Shown here one piece after another: positions 37,100 through 46,177 of a DNA stretch of 64,000 nucleotides (positions are counted from its first letter, which is position 1; each line of letters opens with the position of its first letter). The DNA comes from a virus. The notes under the pieces were generated by a model, which did no database searches, had not been told where the DNA came from, and saw nothing but the letters and a program-made list of their open reading frames with translations. The position numbers were made by a program, and so were the translations under genes. Location: IMG/VR virus record IMGVR_UViG_3300046777_001793, positions 56,529-120,528 of that record; one strand, 5' to 3'.

Positions 37100-38131
37100 A
37101 TGAAAGAGTTAAATGACAATGAATTGCTAAATGAAAGCAATTTTTATGAAGGAGTAAATAATTTATTCCTTAGTCCAAGTGCATTAAAGATGTTATTGGA
37201 AACACCTGCAAAGTATTATGACTACTATGTGTTAGGTAACAAAGAAAAGAAGAGTGCAAAATTCTTTGATGAAGGAACATTAGTTCATGCATTAGTATTA
37301 GAACCAGACACAGTTAATGAGAAGTTTGTTAAGATGGGAATTAGTACACCATCTGATTCTACAAAAGCTTGTCTTGATCATTTGTTATCATTAGAAAGAA
37401 ATGCTTCTGAACTTGAAGAATACACAGAAGAAATCATTGATTACTTAAAAGAAATTAATCTTCACCAATCACTTGTTGATGACAAGAAACCAGGTAAAGA
37501 TGGTAAGATGTACACAGGTGATGAAAAAAGAATTGCTAAAATCATCAATGAAAATTCTTGTGAATATTTTAAATTGATGGTTGAAGGTAGAGATAAAGTA
37601 ATTGTTGATGCTGCTATGTGGGATAGATGTTATGCTAAAGCAGAAGAAATATTGAAACACCCATACGTTAAAAGATTACTTGAAGAAACACCAACTGATG
37701 AAATAAGAACAGAGTTGGAATTAAGTGCAAAGATTGAAGATGTTAAGTATGGTATTAAAGGTATCCTTGACATTATCAAAGTTGATAAAACTGAAAAGAA
37801 AATCTACGTTGCAGATTTAAAAACATCTTCAGGAAATTTAAAAGCATTTCCTGATTCTGTTGAGAAATATGGTTACTGGTTACAAGGTGCAATATATTCT
37901 GCTTTAGCAAAATCATTAGCAGTTGGTGGTGCTATGAATTATTCTGTTGAAGTTAGTTTCATTGTAATAGATAACAACAACCAAGTATATCCATTTGTTG
38001 TTACAGAAAAATCATTGGTAGAGTGGAGAATTAGAATGTATGAATTAATTAACAAAGAAATTGATTATCATATCACAAATAAAGATTTCACTTTACCTTA
38101 TGAGTATGCAAACAATTTAATAACTTTGTAA
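37100..38131 (+). CDS. PD-(D/E)XK exonuclease (RecE/DUF3799-like)
   Basis: LSPSAL..GTLVH; E..KGILD..DLKT..YWLQGAIY. Confidence 0.85.
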   Translation: MKELNDNELLNESNFYEGVNNLFLSPSALKMLLETPAKYYDYYVLGNKEKKSAKFFDEGTLVHALVLEPDTVNEKFVKMGISTPSDSTKACLDHLLSLERNASELEEYTEEIIDYLKEINLHQSLVDDKKPGKDGKMYTGDEKRIAKIINENSCEYFKLMVEGRDKVIVDAAMWDRCYAKAEEILKHPYVKRLLEETPTDEIRTELELSAKIEDVKYGIKGILDIIKVDKTEKKIYVADLKTSSGNLKAFPDSVEKYGYWLQGAIYSALAKSLAVGGAMNYSVEVSFIVIDNNNQVYPFVVTEKSLVEWRIRMYELINKEIDYHITNKDFTLPYEYANNLITL

Positions 38132-38142
38132 AAAATTATTTT

Positions 38143-38520
38143 ATGTCAGAACAAAACCAACCAAAATCAATGATGATTGTTAGTCAAGATTACATGGATC
38201 AACCTACATTTGGAATGATTCCTGTAACTAATGATTGTCCATTTGTGGAAGTAGTATTCCTACCAAACACACAACAGTTAGCTGTAATGTCTAAAACAAC
38301 AAAAGAAACTTTTCATTTCTTTTCAAGACTAGATGACAACGGTGATCCAATTCCTGCAAAAAGAAGAGTAGAAACAAGAGCACCATACAAACAAGAAAGA
38401 AAATTAATTAATACTTTCTATGAGTATTATTTAAAAGATGCAAAAGATATTCGTCAGTTCCTTGACCTTTTTGCAATCAACCCAGACTCAAACTTGGTTG
38501 ATACTTTCATGAAAAAATAA
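38143..38520 (+). CDS. hypothetical protein
   Basis: 125-aa ORF followed by a terminator. Confidence 0.75.
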   Translation: MSEQNQPKSMMIVSQDYMDQPTFGMIPVTNDCPFVEVVFLPNTQQLAVMSKTTKETFHFFSRLDDNGDPIPAKRRVETRAPYKQERKLINTFYEYYLKDAKDIRQFLDLFAINPDSNLVDTFMKK

Positions 38521-38536
38521 ACCATTAATATTTACT

Positions 38537-38573
38537 AAAATGGCGAGATTCTTATTGATTCTCGCCATTTTTT
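38537..38573 (+). terminator. intrinsic terminator
   Basis: AAAATGGCGAGA...TCTCGCCATTTT followed by T. Confidence 0.8.
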
Positions 38574-38584
38574 ATCTCTAAAAT

Positions 38585-40603
38585 ATGCAATTAGAAAAAG
38601 CTTACGTATATGATTATGAAACTGTATGCAACTGTTTTCTTGGTGTATTTGTTAGTGTTAAAAATCCAAAGAACATAATCTCTTTTGAAGTAAGTGAATT
38701 TAAAAATGATATAGATGCATACTTAAAGTTTATGAATTATTGCATAAAGAATAATGTATTGCTAGTATCATTCAATGGTTTAAAATTTGACAATCAGATT
38801 TCCAGAGCAATCCTTAGTAATAAGATTGATAAGAAAGGAACAGGGTTAGATATTGCTGATCAGATTTATAGAATAGCACAAGAAGTAATTAGGATTTCTA
38901 ACAATAAAAACCCATTAGAAAAAAGCTATCCGTTATTTGGAAAAAAAGATAATCCTTTTAAAGAATGTGATATTTTAAGCATAAACAATTATGACAATGC
39001 CGCCAAAATGAGTTCTTTAAAATGGTTGCAATACAACATGGATTGGTACAATGTAGAAGATATGTCAAAACCTCATAACAAAAGACATAATGAGAAAGAC
39101 ATTCTTGTATTAAAATCTTATTGTATTAATGACTGTTTATCTACCAGGGAACTGTTCTTTAAAAACAAATCTGAAATACTTTTAAGGTCTAAACTTTCCA
39201 CTCACTTTAAATTAGATTTATACAATTCTTCTGAACCAAGTTTAGCAAAAGAGATATTCTTAAAGCTATTGTCTGAAGCTTTAAATATATCAAAAGGGGA
39301 GTTAAGAAAACAAAGAACTTACAGAAAACAAATTATACTTGAAGAACTCATACTTCCGTATATGAAATTCAAGACACCTGTAATGATAAACACTTTGAGA
39401 AAGTTCAAGAGTTTAAAATTAGATGGTGAAAATCTTAAAGGTTCATTTAAACATGAGATAGTTTACAAAGGATTACCTGTAAGTTTTGCATTAGGTGGTA
39501 TTCATGGTGCAAGAAAAGGTGTATATCATTCAGATGATGATTTTATAATCAAATCATTTGATGTTACGTCATTCTATCCAAATCTTGCTATTAGAAATAG
39601 ATGGAGTCCAGCACATATACCTAATAAAATATTCTGCGAAATTTATGAATGGATGTTTGAAGAAAGAAAAAAGTATTCAAAGAAAGATCCATTAAACTAC
39701 ATGTATAAAATTTGTTTAAACTCAACTTATGGTTTATCAAATGAAGAAAACAGTTTCTTAAAAGATAGTGCTTTCACTATGAAAATTACTTGTAACGGTC
39801 AGTTATCATTGATGATGTTGATGGAAGATTTATGTGAATCAATTCCAGGATCAAGACCTATCATGATTAATACAGACGGTGGTGAGGTAATTATTCCAAG
39901 AGAATATGAACAAAAGTTTAATGACATTTGTGATGCATGGCAAAAGCTTACTAAACTTGAATTAGAGTTTGAAGATTATAAGTCATTATACATTGGTGAT
40001 GTAAACAACTACATTGGTATATTCAAAGAGAAAGAAATTAAATCTGAAGAAGATTACAATGAGTTAATGAAAGAGTTTCCAAAACCTCTAATTAAAGAAA
40101 AAGACGGTAAGAAATATCATTGCAAAACAAAATGTAAAGGTAGATTTGAAATAGACAAACCATTACATAAAAACAAAAGCTATAGAATACACCGTATTGC
40201 CTTGTACAATTATTTTGTATTAGGAATAGAACCATCTCAAACATTATCAGAGTGCAAAAACATTATGGATTATTGCGCTGGTGTTAGAGCAAAAGGAGCA
40301 TGGAAATTTGTAGCTACTTGTTTAGAAGATGGAAGTATCTTAGATAGCAATCTACCAAAAACAATTAGATATTACAGGTCCAGACAAGGCTGTAAAATCA
40401 GAAAGCTAAAGCAAGATTCAGAATATGATGTAAAGAGCATCAAACTTGAAGCTGATAACGTATTAGAATTATTACTTAATAGATATGACAAGGTCGCACC
40501 TTTTGAATCATACAATGTTGATACAGGATTTCATTTAAGAAAAATCAACAAAGAAATTCAAAATATTCAACCATTTGTTACACAACAAAATTTATTCTCA
40601 TGA
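38585..40603 (+). CDS. family B DNA polymerase
   Basis: Exo motifs YDYE, FNGLKFD, YCIND; Pol motifs FDVTSFYP, KICLNSTYG, NTDG. Confidence 0.92.
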   Translation: MQLEKAYVYDYETVCNCFLGVFVSVKNPKNIISFEVSEFKNDIDAYLKFMNYCIKNNVLLVSFNGLKFDNQISRAILSNKIDKKGTGLDIADQIYRIAQEVIRISNNKNPLEKSYPLFGKKDNPFKECDILSINNYDNAAKMSSLKWLQYNMDWYNVEDMSKPHNKRHNEKDILVLKSYCINDCLSTRELFFKNKSEILLRSKLSTHFKLDLYNSSEPSLAKEIFLKLLSEALNISKGELRKQRTYRKQIILEELILPYMKFKTPVMINTLRKFKSLKLDGENLKGSFKHEIVYKGLPVSFALGGIHGARKGVYHSDDDFIIKSFDVTSFYPNLAIRNRWSPAHIPNKIFCEIYEWMFEERKKYSKKDPLNYMYKICLNSTYGLSNEENSFLKDSAFTMKITCNGQLSLMMLMEDLCESIPGSRPIMINTDGGEVIIPREYEQKFNDICDAWQKLTKLELEFEDYKSLYIGDVNNYIGIFKEKEIKSEEDYNELMKEFPKPLIKEKDGKKYHCKTKCKGRFEIDKPLHKNKSYRIHRIALYNYFVLGIEPSQTLSECKNIMDYCAGVRAKGAWKFVATCLEDGSILDSNLPKTIRYYRSRQGCKIRKLKQDSEYDVKSIKLEADNVLELLLNRYDKVAPFESYNVDTGFHLRKINKEIQNIQPFVTQQNLFS

Positions 40604-42027
40604 TTTCAAAAACTAAAACAGAAGAATATTTAAGAGCTGTTGAATTACCAGAAAACACAAAGAGCTACACAAGGATTCCTCATGGTGCTATTATAGACCA
40701 AATGAGAGCTTCAATTGAAAAGGAAAACCTAGAAGTTGAATATGAATTATACAAGGGTAGCTCATTAGGACAAGAAGCATTAGGCTTCATCCATATTAAA
40801 TCCACATTAGATTCTGAAATGGGTATGACCTTTAACTGGACAAACTCATACAACAAGAAATTAAAATTTGGCTGCTCTGTAGGAGCTTTCATATATGATT
40901 TGAATGTTCCATTCATCTATGCTGATAACACAATCACATGGAGCAGAAAACACACAGGTACAGCCAATATAGAAACAAAGATTGTAGTTGAAGAAATGAT
41001 TGCTCATTCAGAAGAACATTTCAGAAACATAATCAAAATGAAAAAAGCATTTACCGCAATTGAACTTTCTGATGAAGACATGGCAGGAGTATTAGGTGAA
41101 ATGTTTTTTGCAAAAGATTATTTTGGTCCTGAACAAGCAAACCTTGTTAAAGCTGAAATACAAAAACCAAAATACAACTATACTCACAAAGGAACTCTTT
41201 GGCATTTACATCAAATGCTAATGGTATCTGTAGTTGATTCAGATCCTACTAAATGGTATTCACAACAGATTAAAATCAATACGTATTTAATCTTAAAATA
41301 TAACATTGATGTTAATAATCAATTACTGGATGAACCAAAAAATAAATACATTATAGGTATTGATCCAGCAATTGAAGGTGCTGATGTAACAATAACGGAA
41401 ACATCTTACTTTACAGAAGAAAGAATTGCTGTAATAAAAGATGAGTCATTTAACATTAAGCAAGATTTGACACCTGTTAAGGAACATGAACCTGAATTTA
41501 CAGAAGAACTTGAAGACGAGTTTGTTGAAGAAGTTGATGATGATAATTTTGAACCATTTGAAGAAGCTAAGGAAGATAAAAATGAAGTAATTGAAGAAGA
41601 AGAAGAAATCTTTGAAGATGATTTGTCTTGTCCTGAATGTGGCTCTAAAGATGTAATTGTTACATTACATGGAACAGTAGATTGTAATTACTGTGAAGCA
41701 TCAACAAACGTATCTGAACTTGATGTAACAACAGAATCAACAGCATTTGTAACAACAACTCAAATAACAAAAGAACTTCATACAGAAGAAATCTTTGAAT
41801 TAGAAGATGATGATGACTTAAATGATACATTTTTAAATGAAGATACTTCTGAAAAGTTATTTGAGTTAGAAGAAAGTAATGAGCCAGAAGTGTTAAACCC
41901 ATTGGCAAAATACAGAGAGTTAGTTACAGACTTTTACAATCCTGAAGATTTAGAATCAGTAGAAGATAAATCTCAAGAAGGATACATTGTATTCTATATA
42001 TCAACCGGTGAAATTATGGTAGCATGA
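40600..42027 (+). CDS. DUF932-like domain plus long acidic tail with zinc ribbon
   Basis: NSYNK..G...RKHTG..TLW; E/D-rich C-half with CPECGS..CNYC. Confidence 0.6.
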   Translation: MISKTKTEEYLRAVELPENTKSYTRIPHGAIIDQMRASIEKENLEVEYELYKGSSLGQEALGFIHIKSTLDSEMGMTFNWTNSYNKKLKFGCSVGAFIYDLNVPFIYADNTITWSRKHTGTANIETKIVVEEMIAHSEEHFRNIIKMKKAFTAIELSDEDMAGVLGEMFFAKDYFGPEQANLVKAEIQKPKYNYTHKGTLWHLHQMLMVSVVDSDPTKWYSQQIKINTYLILKYNIDVNNQLLDEPKNKYIIGIDPAIEGADVTITETSYFTEERIAVIKDESFNIKQDLTPVKEHEPEFTEELEDEFVEEVDDDNFEPFEEAKEDKNEVIEEEEEIFEDDLSCPECGSKDVIVTLHGTVDCNYCEASTNVSELDVTTESTAFVTTTQITKELHTEEIFELEDDDDLNDTFLNEDTSEKLFELEESNEPEVLNPLAKYRELVTDFYNPEDLESVEDKSQEGYIVFYISTGEIMVA

Positions 42028-42431
42028 CAAAGAAAGAATTTTCATTAAATCAAATTGAATTGCAAGAGAGAATACAATCTCTTGCAAATGTCAATGTAGT
42101 AAATTGCGGTCATTGTGGAGATGTAATGTTTCATGATATGAACATCAAAAAAATAGAATGTGGTTGCGGATTCTCAAGCAATGAACCATCTGATTTTCCT
42201 GATTATTGGTGTCAAGGTCAAGAATATTACGCAGGTATAACTGAAAGAGAATTACGCATTGCACAAAAGTTTTTATCAGGATATGAAGATGAACTAAAAG
42301 AAATGATTAACACAATAAGAGAACACAAAGATGAAAATGATCTGATAGATTATTTAGATGGTGTTACTCCTTGTGAAGACTTTGAGTTTACATTTACTGT
42401 TAAAGCATTTAAAAACTTAATAACAAGCTAA
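42024..42431 (+). CDS. zinc-ribbon protein
   Basis: CGHCG..CGCG..DFPD. Confidence 0.7.
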   Translation: MTKKEFSLNQIELQERIQSLANVNVVNCGHCGDVMFHDMNIKKIECGCGFSSNEPSDFPDYWCQGQEYYAGITERELRIAQKFLSGYEDELKEMINTIREHKDENDLIDYLDGVTPCEDFEFTFTVKAFKNLITS

Positions 42432-42433
42432 TT

Positions 42434-42706
42434 ATGGCAAGTCATATTCCAACACCTATTACAAATGAAATAGGTAACATATTACAAAATTTTTCAAAAC
42501 AAGATTTTTCAAATGTTAAACCATTTGAAAGAGTAAGAACAGATAATGGATTTTATCAGATGTTAACTGATGAATATAAAATGGATGAATATCATGGTCA
42601 AAAAGACCACACAATATTCTCATTCACACCAAGTCATCTACAATTTATTTATGAATTTCACCTTGATGACAAAGGATTTATTAACCAAGTATATAAAGTA
42701 GAGTGA
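42434..42706 (+). CDS. hypothetical protein
   Basis: Co-oriented ORF. Confidence 0.65.
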   Translation: MASHIPTPITNEIGNILQNFSKQDFSNVKPFERVRTDNGFYQMLTDEYKMDEYHGQKDHTIFSFTPSHLQFIYEFHLDDKGFINQVYKVE

Positions 42707-42756
42707 TGGTAGGGAGTTACTATCATCACACCTACACATACCAAACACCCTAAAAC

Positions 42757-44262
42757 ATGAATAAATTACAAAAAGCTTTATCAAAGCACAAAGAAAAAGA
42801 GTCCACCAAGGACAAAATACTCACCACACGTAGCAATGAAATAGAATTAACTGATGACCAAAAAGCAGCACTAATGAAAGTTGCTGATTTCATTGAAGAC
42901 AAAGAGAGTAGATTCTTTATGCTTGCAGGTTATTCAGGTACAGGTAAGACTACTATTGCGGAAAACATAGTTGGTTATGTAACTAAAATAAAAAAGAAAA
43001 GCATCAGTTTACTTGCACCTACTAACGCTGCAAAAAATAGAATATCTGAAAAGATAAAAATGCCATACAAGGAAGCAAGCACTATACATAGAGCATTGTA
43101 TTCTGTTGATGAAAGAGGCAAGTTTGTTCCTAATGGTGGGTTTTCATCTAACTACTATATCATAGATGAGTGTTCTATGATTGATGTAGATGTATTAAGA
43201 CAGATTATTTTAAAAGTTATTTATGGTCTATCAAACTGTAAAATAATCTTTATGGGAGATATATTTCAGCTTGAGCCTGTTGGTGAGAACCCCAAACTAT
43301 TTGAGTGGGAAAATATACCATTAAAGACATTGTATTCAGAAAAAACAGAAGAACAGTTAAGAGTTCCTGTTTTCTTTGAAAAGAACAAGCATGAGTTAAC
43401 AGAAGTAAAGCGTTATGATGGTCCATTATTAAAGATAGCAACTGATATAAGAACATATCAGAAACCTGTTTATAATGAGATTGACACAAATGATTTAAGA
43501 GAGTTACCAAAATTCTCATCTGTGTTGCCTAAATTAATTGCAGCTGATGGTAATTACATGATCATTACATCTACCAACAGACAAAGAATTTATTACAACA
43601 ATGAAGTAAGAAAATTCAAGTTTTCAAAACAAGAAGGTGTTGATTTGAATTATCCGCAGAATCATGAAAACTTTGTAGCAATAAACAACAGCGTGTACTT
43701 TTCCAATGGAGAAACATTTAAGCCCAAAAATCTTATGCTTATTGAAGAGTTTGAGTTAAAGCTTATTCAAAATGCAACTGAATTTTCAAGAGGTTTAGAA
43801 GAGCCTATCTACAAAAGATTAAAGGCAATGTTGTACATTGATAAGACATTCAATACAAAGTTCATGGAAAACACAAGTAAGTATATCTTAATGCTACCTA
43901 GCATTGAAGAATCTTCTTTGCATGGATCAACAATAGTTTATAATACAACAAGACAGCACACTATTTTAAGTACAAATGTTGAGTCTGTATTAATAACATC
44001 ATTCATGAATCCAAGAACAGGAAAAGAAGTCACTATGTTCAATAAAGAAGTTATAATAGCCACTTATGGTTATGCTATTTCAGGACATAAAGCACAGGGG
44101 CAAGAATGGGATTATGTGTTTATTGATGGTTCATTTATTTCAAGTAATTGGGATGCAGGAAAATGGTATTACACAGCTATAACAAGAGCCAAGAAAAAAG
44201 TAGAAGTAAAAACTAACAAATATTTATCAGTAATCCCTAAAGGAGCTGTAATGGAAGAATAG
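42757..44262 (+). CDS. Dda/RecD-like SF1B helicase
   Basis: GYSGTGKT, APTN, IDECSM, GDIFQL, HKAQGQEW, YTAITRA. Confidence 0.9.
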   Translation: MNKLQKALSKHKEKESTKDKILTTRSNEIELTDDQKAALMKVADFIEDKESRFFMLAGYSGTGKTTIAENIVGYVTKIKKKSISLLAPTNAAKNRISEKIKMPYKEASTIHRALYSVDERGKFVPNGGFSSNYYIIDECSMIDVDVLRQIILKVIYGLSNCKIIFMGDIFQLEPVGENPKLFEWENIPLKTLYSEKTEEQLRVPVFFEKNKHELTEVKRYDGPLLKIATDIRTYQKPVYNEIDTNDLRELPKFSSVLPKLIAADGNYMIITSTNRQRIYYNNEVRKFKFSKQEGVDLNYPQNHENFVAINNSVYFSNGETFKPKNLMLIEEFELKLIQNATEFSRGLEEPIYKRLKAMLYIDKTFNTKFMENTSKYILMLPSIEESSLHGSTIVYNTTRQHTILSTNVESVLITSFMNPRTGKEVTMFNKEVIIATYGYAISGHKAQGQEWDYVFIDGSFISSNWDAGKWYYTAITRAKKKVEVKTNKYLSVIPKGAVMEE

Positions 44263-44263
44263 T

Positions 44264-44677
44264 ATGGAAAGAGAAGTATTAATGCATTTTGTTCCCACTA
44301 CCACAGAAGAAAAACTTTTGTGGGAAAGAGAGCAAAATGCTCTTTTGGTAAAAGAGAACCAAGCTTTAGCAACAAAGATTACTACTTTGGCTAAAGATTT
44401 TGTCAACTACAAAAAAGAAGTTGAGAAGAAGAATATACCACAAATGATTGAAAAGCTTAACAAAGTCAAAAAAGCTCATGCAGATATGGAGATTGAGTAT
44501 AAAAGAGTTGTTAATGCCAACAAAGGATTTATGGATGCAGTTATTCAAAAGAATTTAGAATTGAATGAATTACACCAAGAAAAACTAACATTGATTCATA
44601 CAATTGCAACGCTTAAAAAGCAGATTGAAAATCAAGAAACTCCATATTTTTTACGTATCTTTAAGATAAAGAAATGA
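44264..44677 (+). CDS. coiled-coil protein
   Basis: Heptad pattern. Confidence 0.7.
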   Translation: MEREVLMHFVPTTTEEKLLWEREQNALLVKENQALATKITTLAKDFVNYKKEVEKKNIPQMIEKLNKVKKAHADMEIEYKRVVNANKGFMDAVIQKNLELNELHQEKLTLIHTIATLKKQIENQETPYFLRIFKIKK

Positions 44678-45213
44678 AGGTAAACATAGGTTCAATTTTA
44701 AAACCTTGTAGTAAAGAAGACTCCTTAAAATTAGTGAAGTTGGCAATGATGAGTAATGTAGTATTATCATTGTCAACAGATCTTATTGAAGATAAAAACC
44801 CTTTACTTAAAAACAGATTTAAATCAATAGTAGAAAGAGATTTAGAAAACATTTTGGAACATTTCTCAAATGATTTTCTAATCAACATGAATAAAGCAGA
44901 TGAAAAAGCTGTGTTAAAGCTTTTAAAAATGTTTTATGATTTTAATAATAAGATTGTTATTAAAGAAAAAAATGTTGATATAACAAATGGACACTTGCTA
45001 GTGTCTTATTGTGCAGCTATGTATAGAGTAATACATAGAATGGGATATAGAGATAGAAGTGTAAACCTTGTGAAGAATGTATCTCACAAAATTGTGACAA
45101 CATATAACACGCAATTTTCACACTATGCTGATATGACTTATGAAGATAAAAACTTATTGGAAGTCTTAACAGATGCTATCTATGCTATGTCTGAAACAAT
45201 TCTTTATTCGTAA
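44674..45213 (+). CDS. hypothetical protein
   Basis: Coupled ORF. Confidence 0.7.
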   Translation: MKVNIGSILKPCSKEDSLKLVKLAMMSNVVLSLSTDLIEDKNPLLKNRFKSIVERDLENILEHFSNDFLINMNKADEKAVLKLLKMFYDFNNKIVIKEKNVDITNGHLLVSYCAAMYRVIHRMGYRDRSVNLVKNVSHKIVTTYNTQFSHYADMTYEDKNLLEVLTDAIYAMSETILYS

Positions 45214-45232
45214 CCCCAAAAATCAAATATAT

Positions 45233-45622
45233 ATGACAGAACAATTAGCTTTAGTAAGGGATTTTCAAATCAAGTTTGAACAAACCCTAAATGACAAACC
45301 AACTTTTGTTTCAGAAGATGAGTATGCGTTACGCTATGAACTAATGAAGGAAGAAAACAAAGAGTATTTCATGGCAAATGAAAACATGGACATGGTAGAA
45401 ATTCTTGATGCTTTAGCAGACAAGTTATACATTTTACTAGGAACTATCAATGCACATGGATTGCAAGATTTAATTATTCCAGCATTCAATCTTGTTCATG
45501 AAAACAACTTGAGAAAATTAGGCCCAGATGGCAAAGTAATTAAAAATGAATTTGGTAAGGTAATTAAACCTGAAGGATTCCAAAAAGTAGAATTAAGCAC
45601 CTTATTTGAAAATTTAAAATAA
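45233..45622 (+). CDS. MazG-like NTP pyrophosphohydrolase
   Basis: EENKEY..EILDALAD..VHENN..K..GKVIKP; ATG 45233. Confidence 0.85.
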   Translation: MTEQLALVRDFQIKFEQTLNDKPTFVSEDEYALRYELMKEENKEYFMANENMDMVEILDALADKLYILLGTINAHGLQDLIIPAFNLVHENNLRKLGPDGKVIKNEFGKVIKPEGFQKVELSTLFENLK

Positions 45623-45631
45623 CATTTTATT

Positions 45632-46177
45632 ATGGATTTAGTAGAAGACTTAAAAACATATTGTCAAAAAAGCACAATGTTTTTATGGCCCATGTTGGCT
45701 TTACCAACAAATATAAAACCAATATCCACTTACCTTGTTGTAGATGGAATTGAAACAGATACTCCGGTATTATATGCATTATTTCCAAACACAACCATGA
45801 AGAATGTATTGCTAAAGCAATCTATCATGAGTCATAAAATGTTTGAGTATGTTATTAATGATGGAGATTTTGACATTGTAGTATTCAACTTAAATGAAAT
45901 TGACAAAGACTATTTATACGTTATTAATGGTAAATATTCTCACATTTCACAAAGCAATAAAGTTAAAATTGTAAGCTCAACAAAAAATAAATTAGCAGAG
46001 ATTGGATTATATCCATCAAAATATTATGATTTGTATAGAGATGAATTAGAGATTGACTTTGATGAAAAAGAAGGCCCAGAACTACTGGACCTTCCTGATT
46101 TCAATTGTAATGAAAAATTACATGTTTCAGATAGTGTAAAAAACTATTTAAGTAAAATAGTCACATCACTATCTTAA
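45632..46177 (+). CDS. hypothetical protein
   Basis: QKSTMFLWP..GKYS; last gene of the + strand block. Confidence 0.7.
   Translation: MDLVEDLKTYCQKSTMFLWPMLALPTNIKPISTYLVVDGIETDTPVLYALFPNTTMKNVLLKQSIMSHKMFEYVINDGDFDIVVFNLNEIDKDYLYVINGKYSHISQSNKVKIVSSTKNKLAEIGLYPSKYYDLYRDELEIDFDEKEGPELLDLPDFNCNEKLHVSDSVKNYLSKIVTSLS

Noticed and set aside
27656-40603. Inteins or introns in DnaB, primase or PolB
   Set aside because: Protein lengths are normal, motifs are contiguous, and I saw no intein splice-junction or LAGLIDADG motifs.
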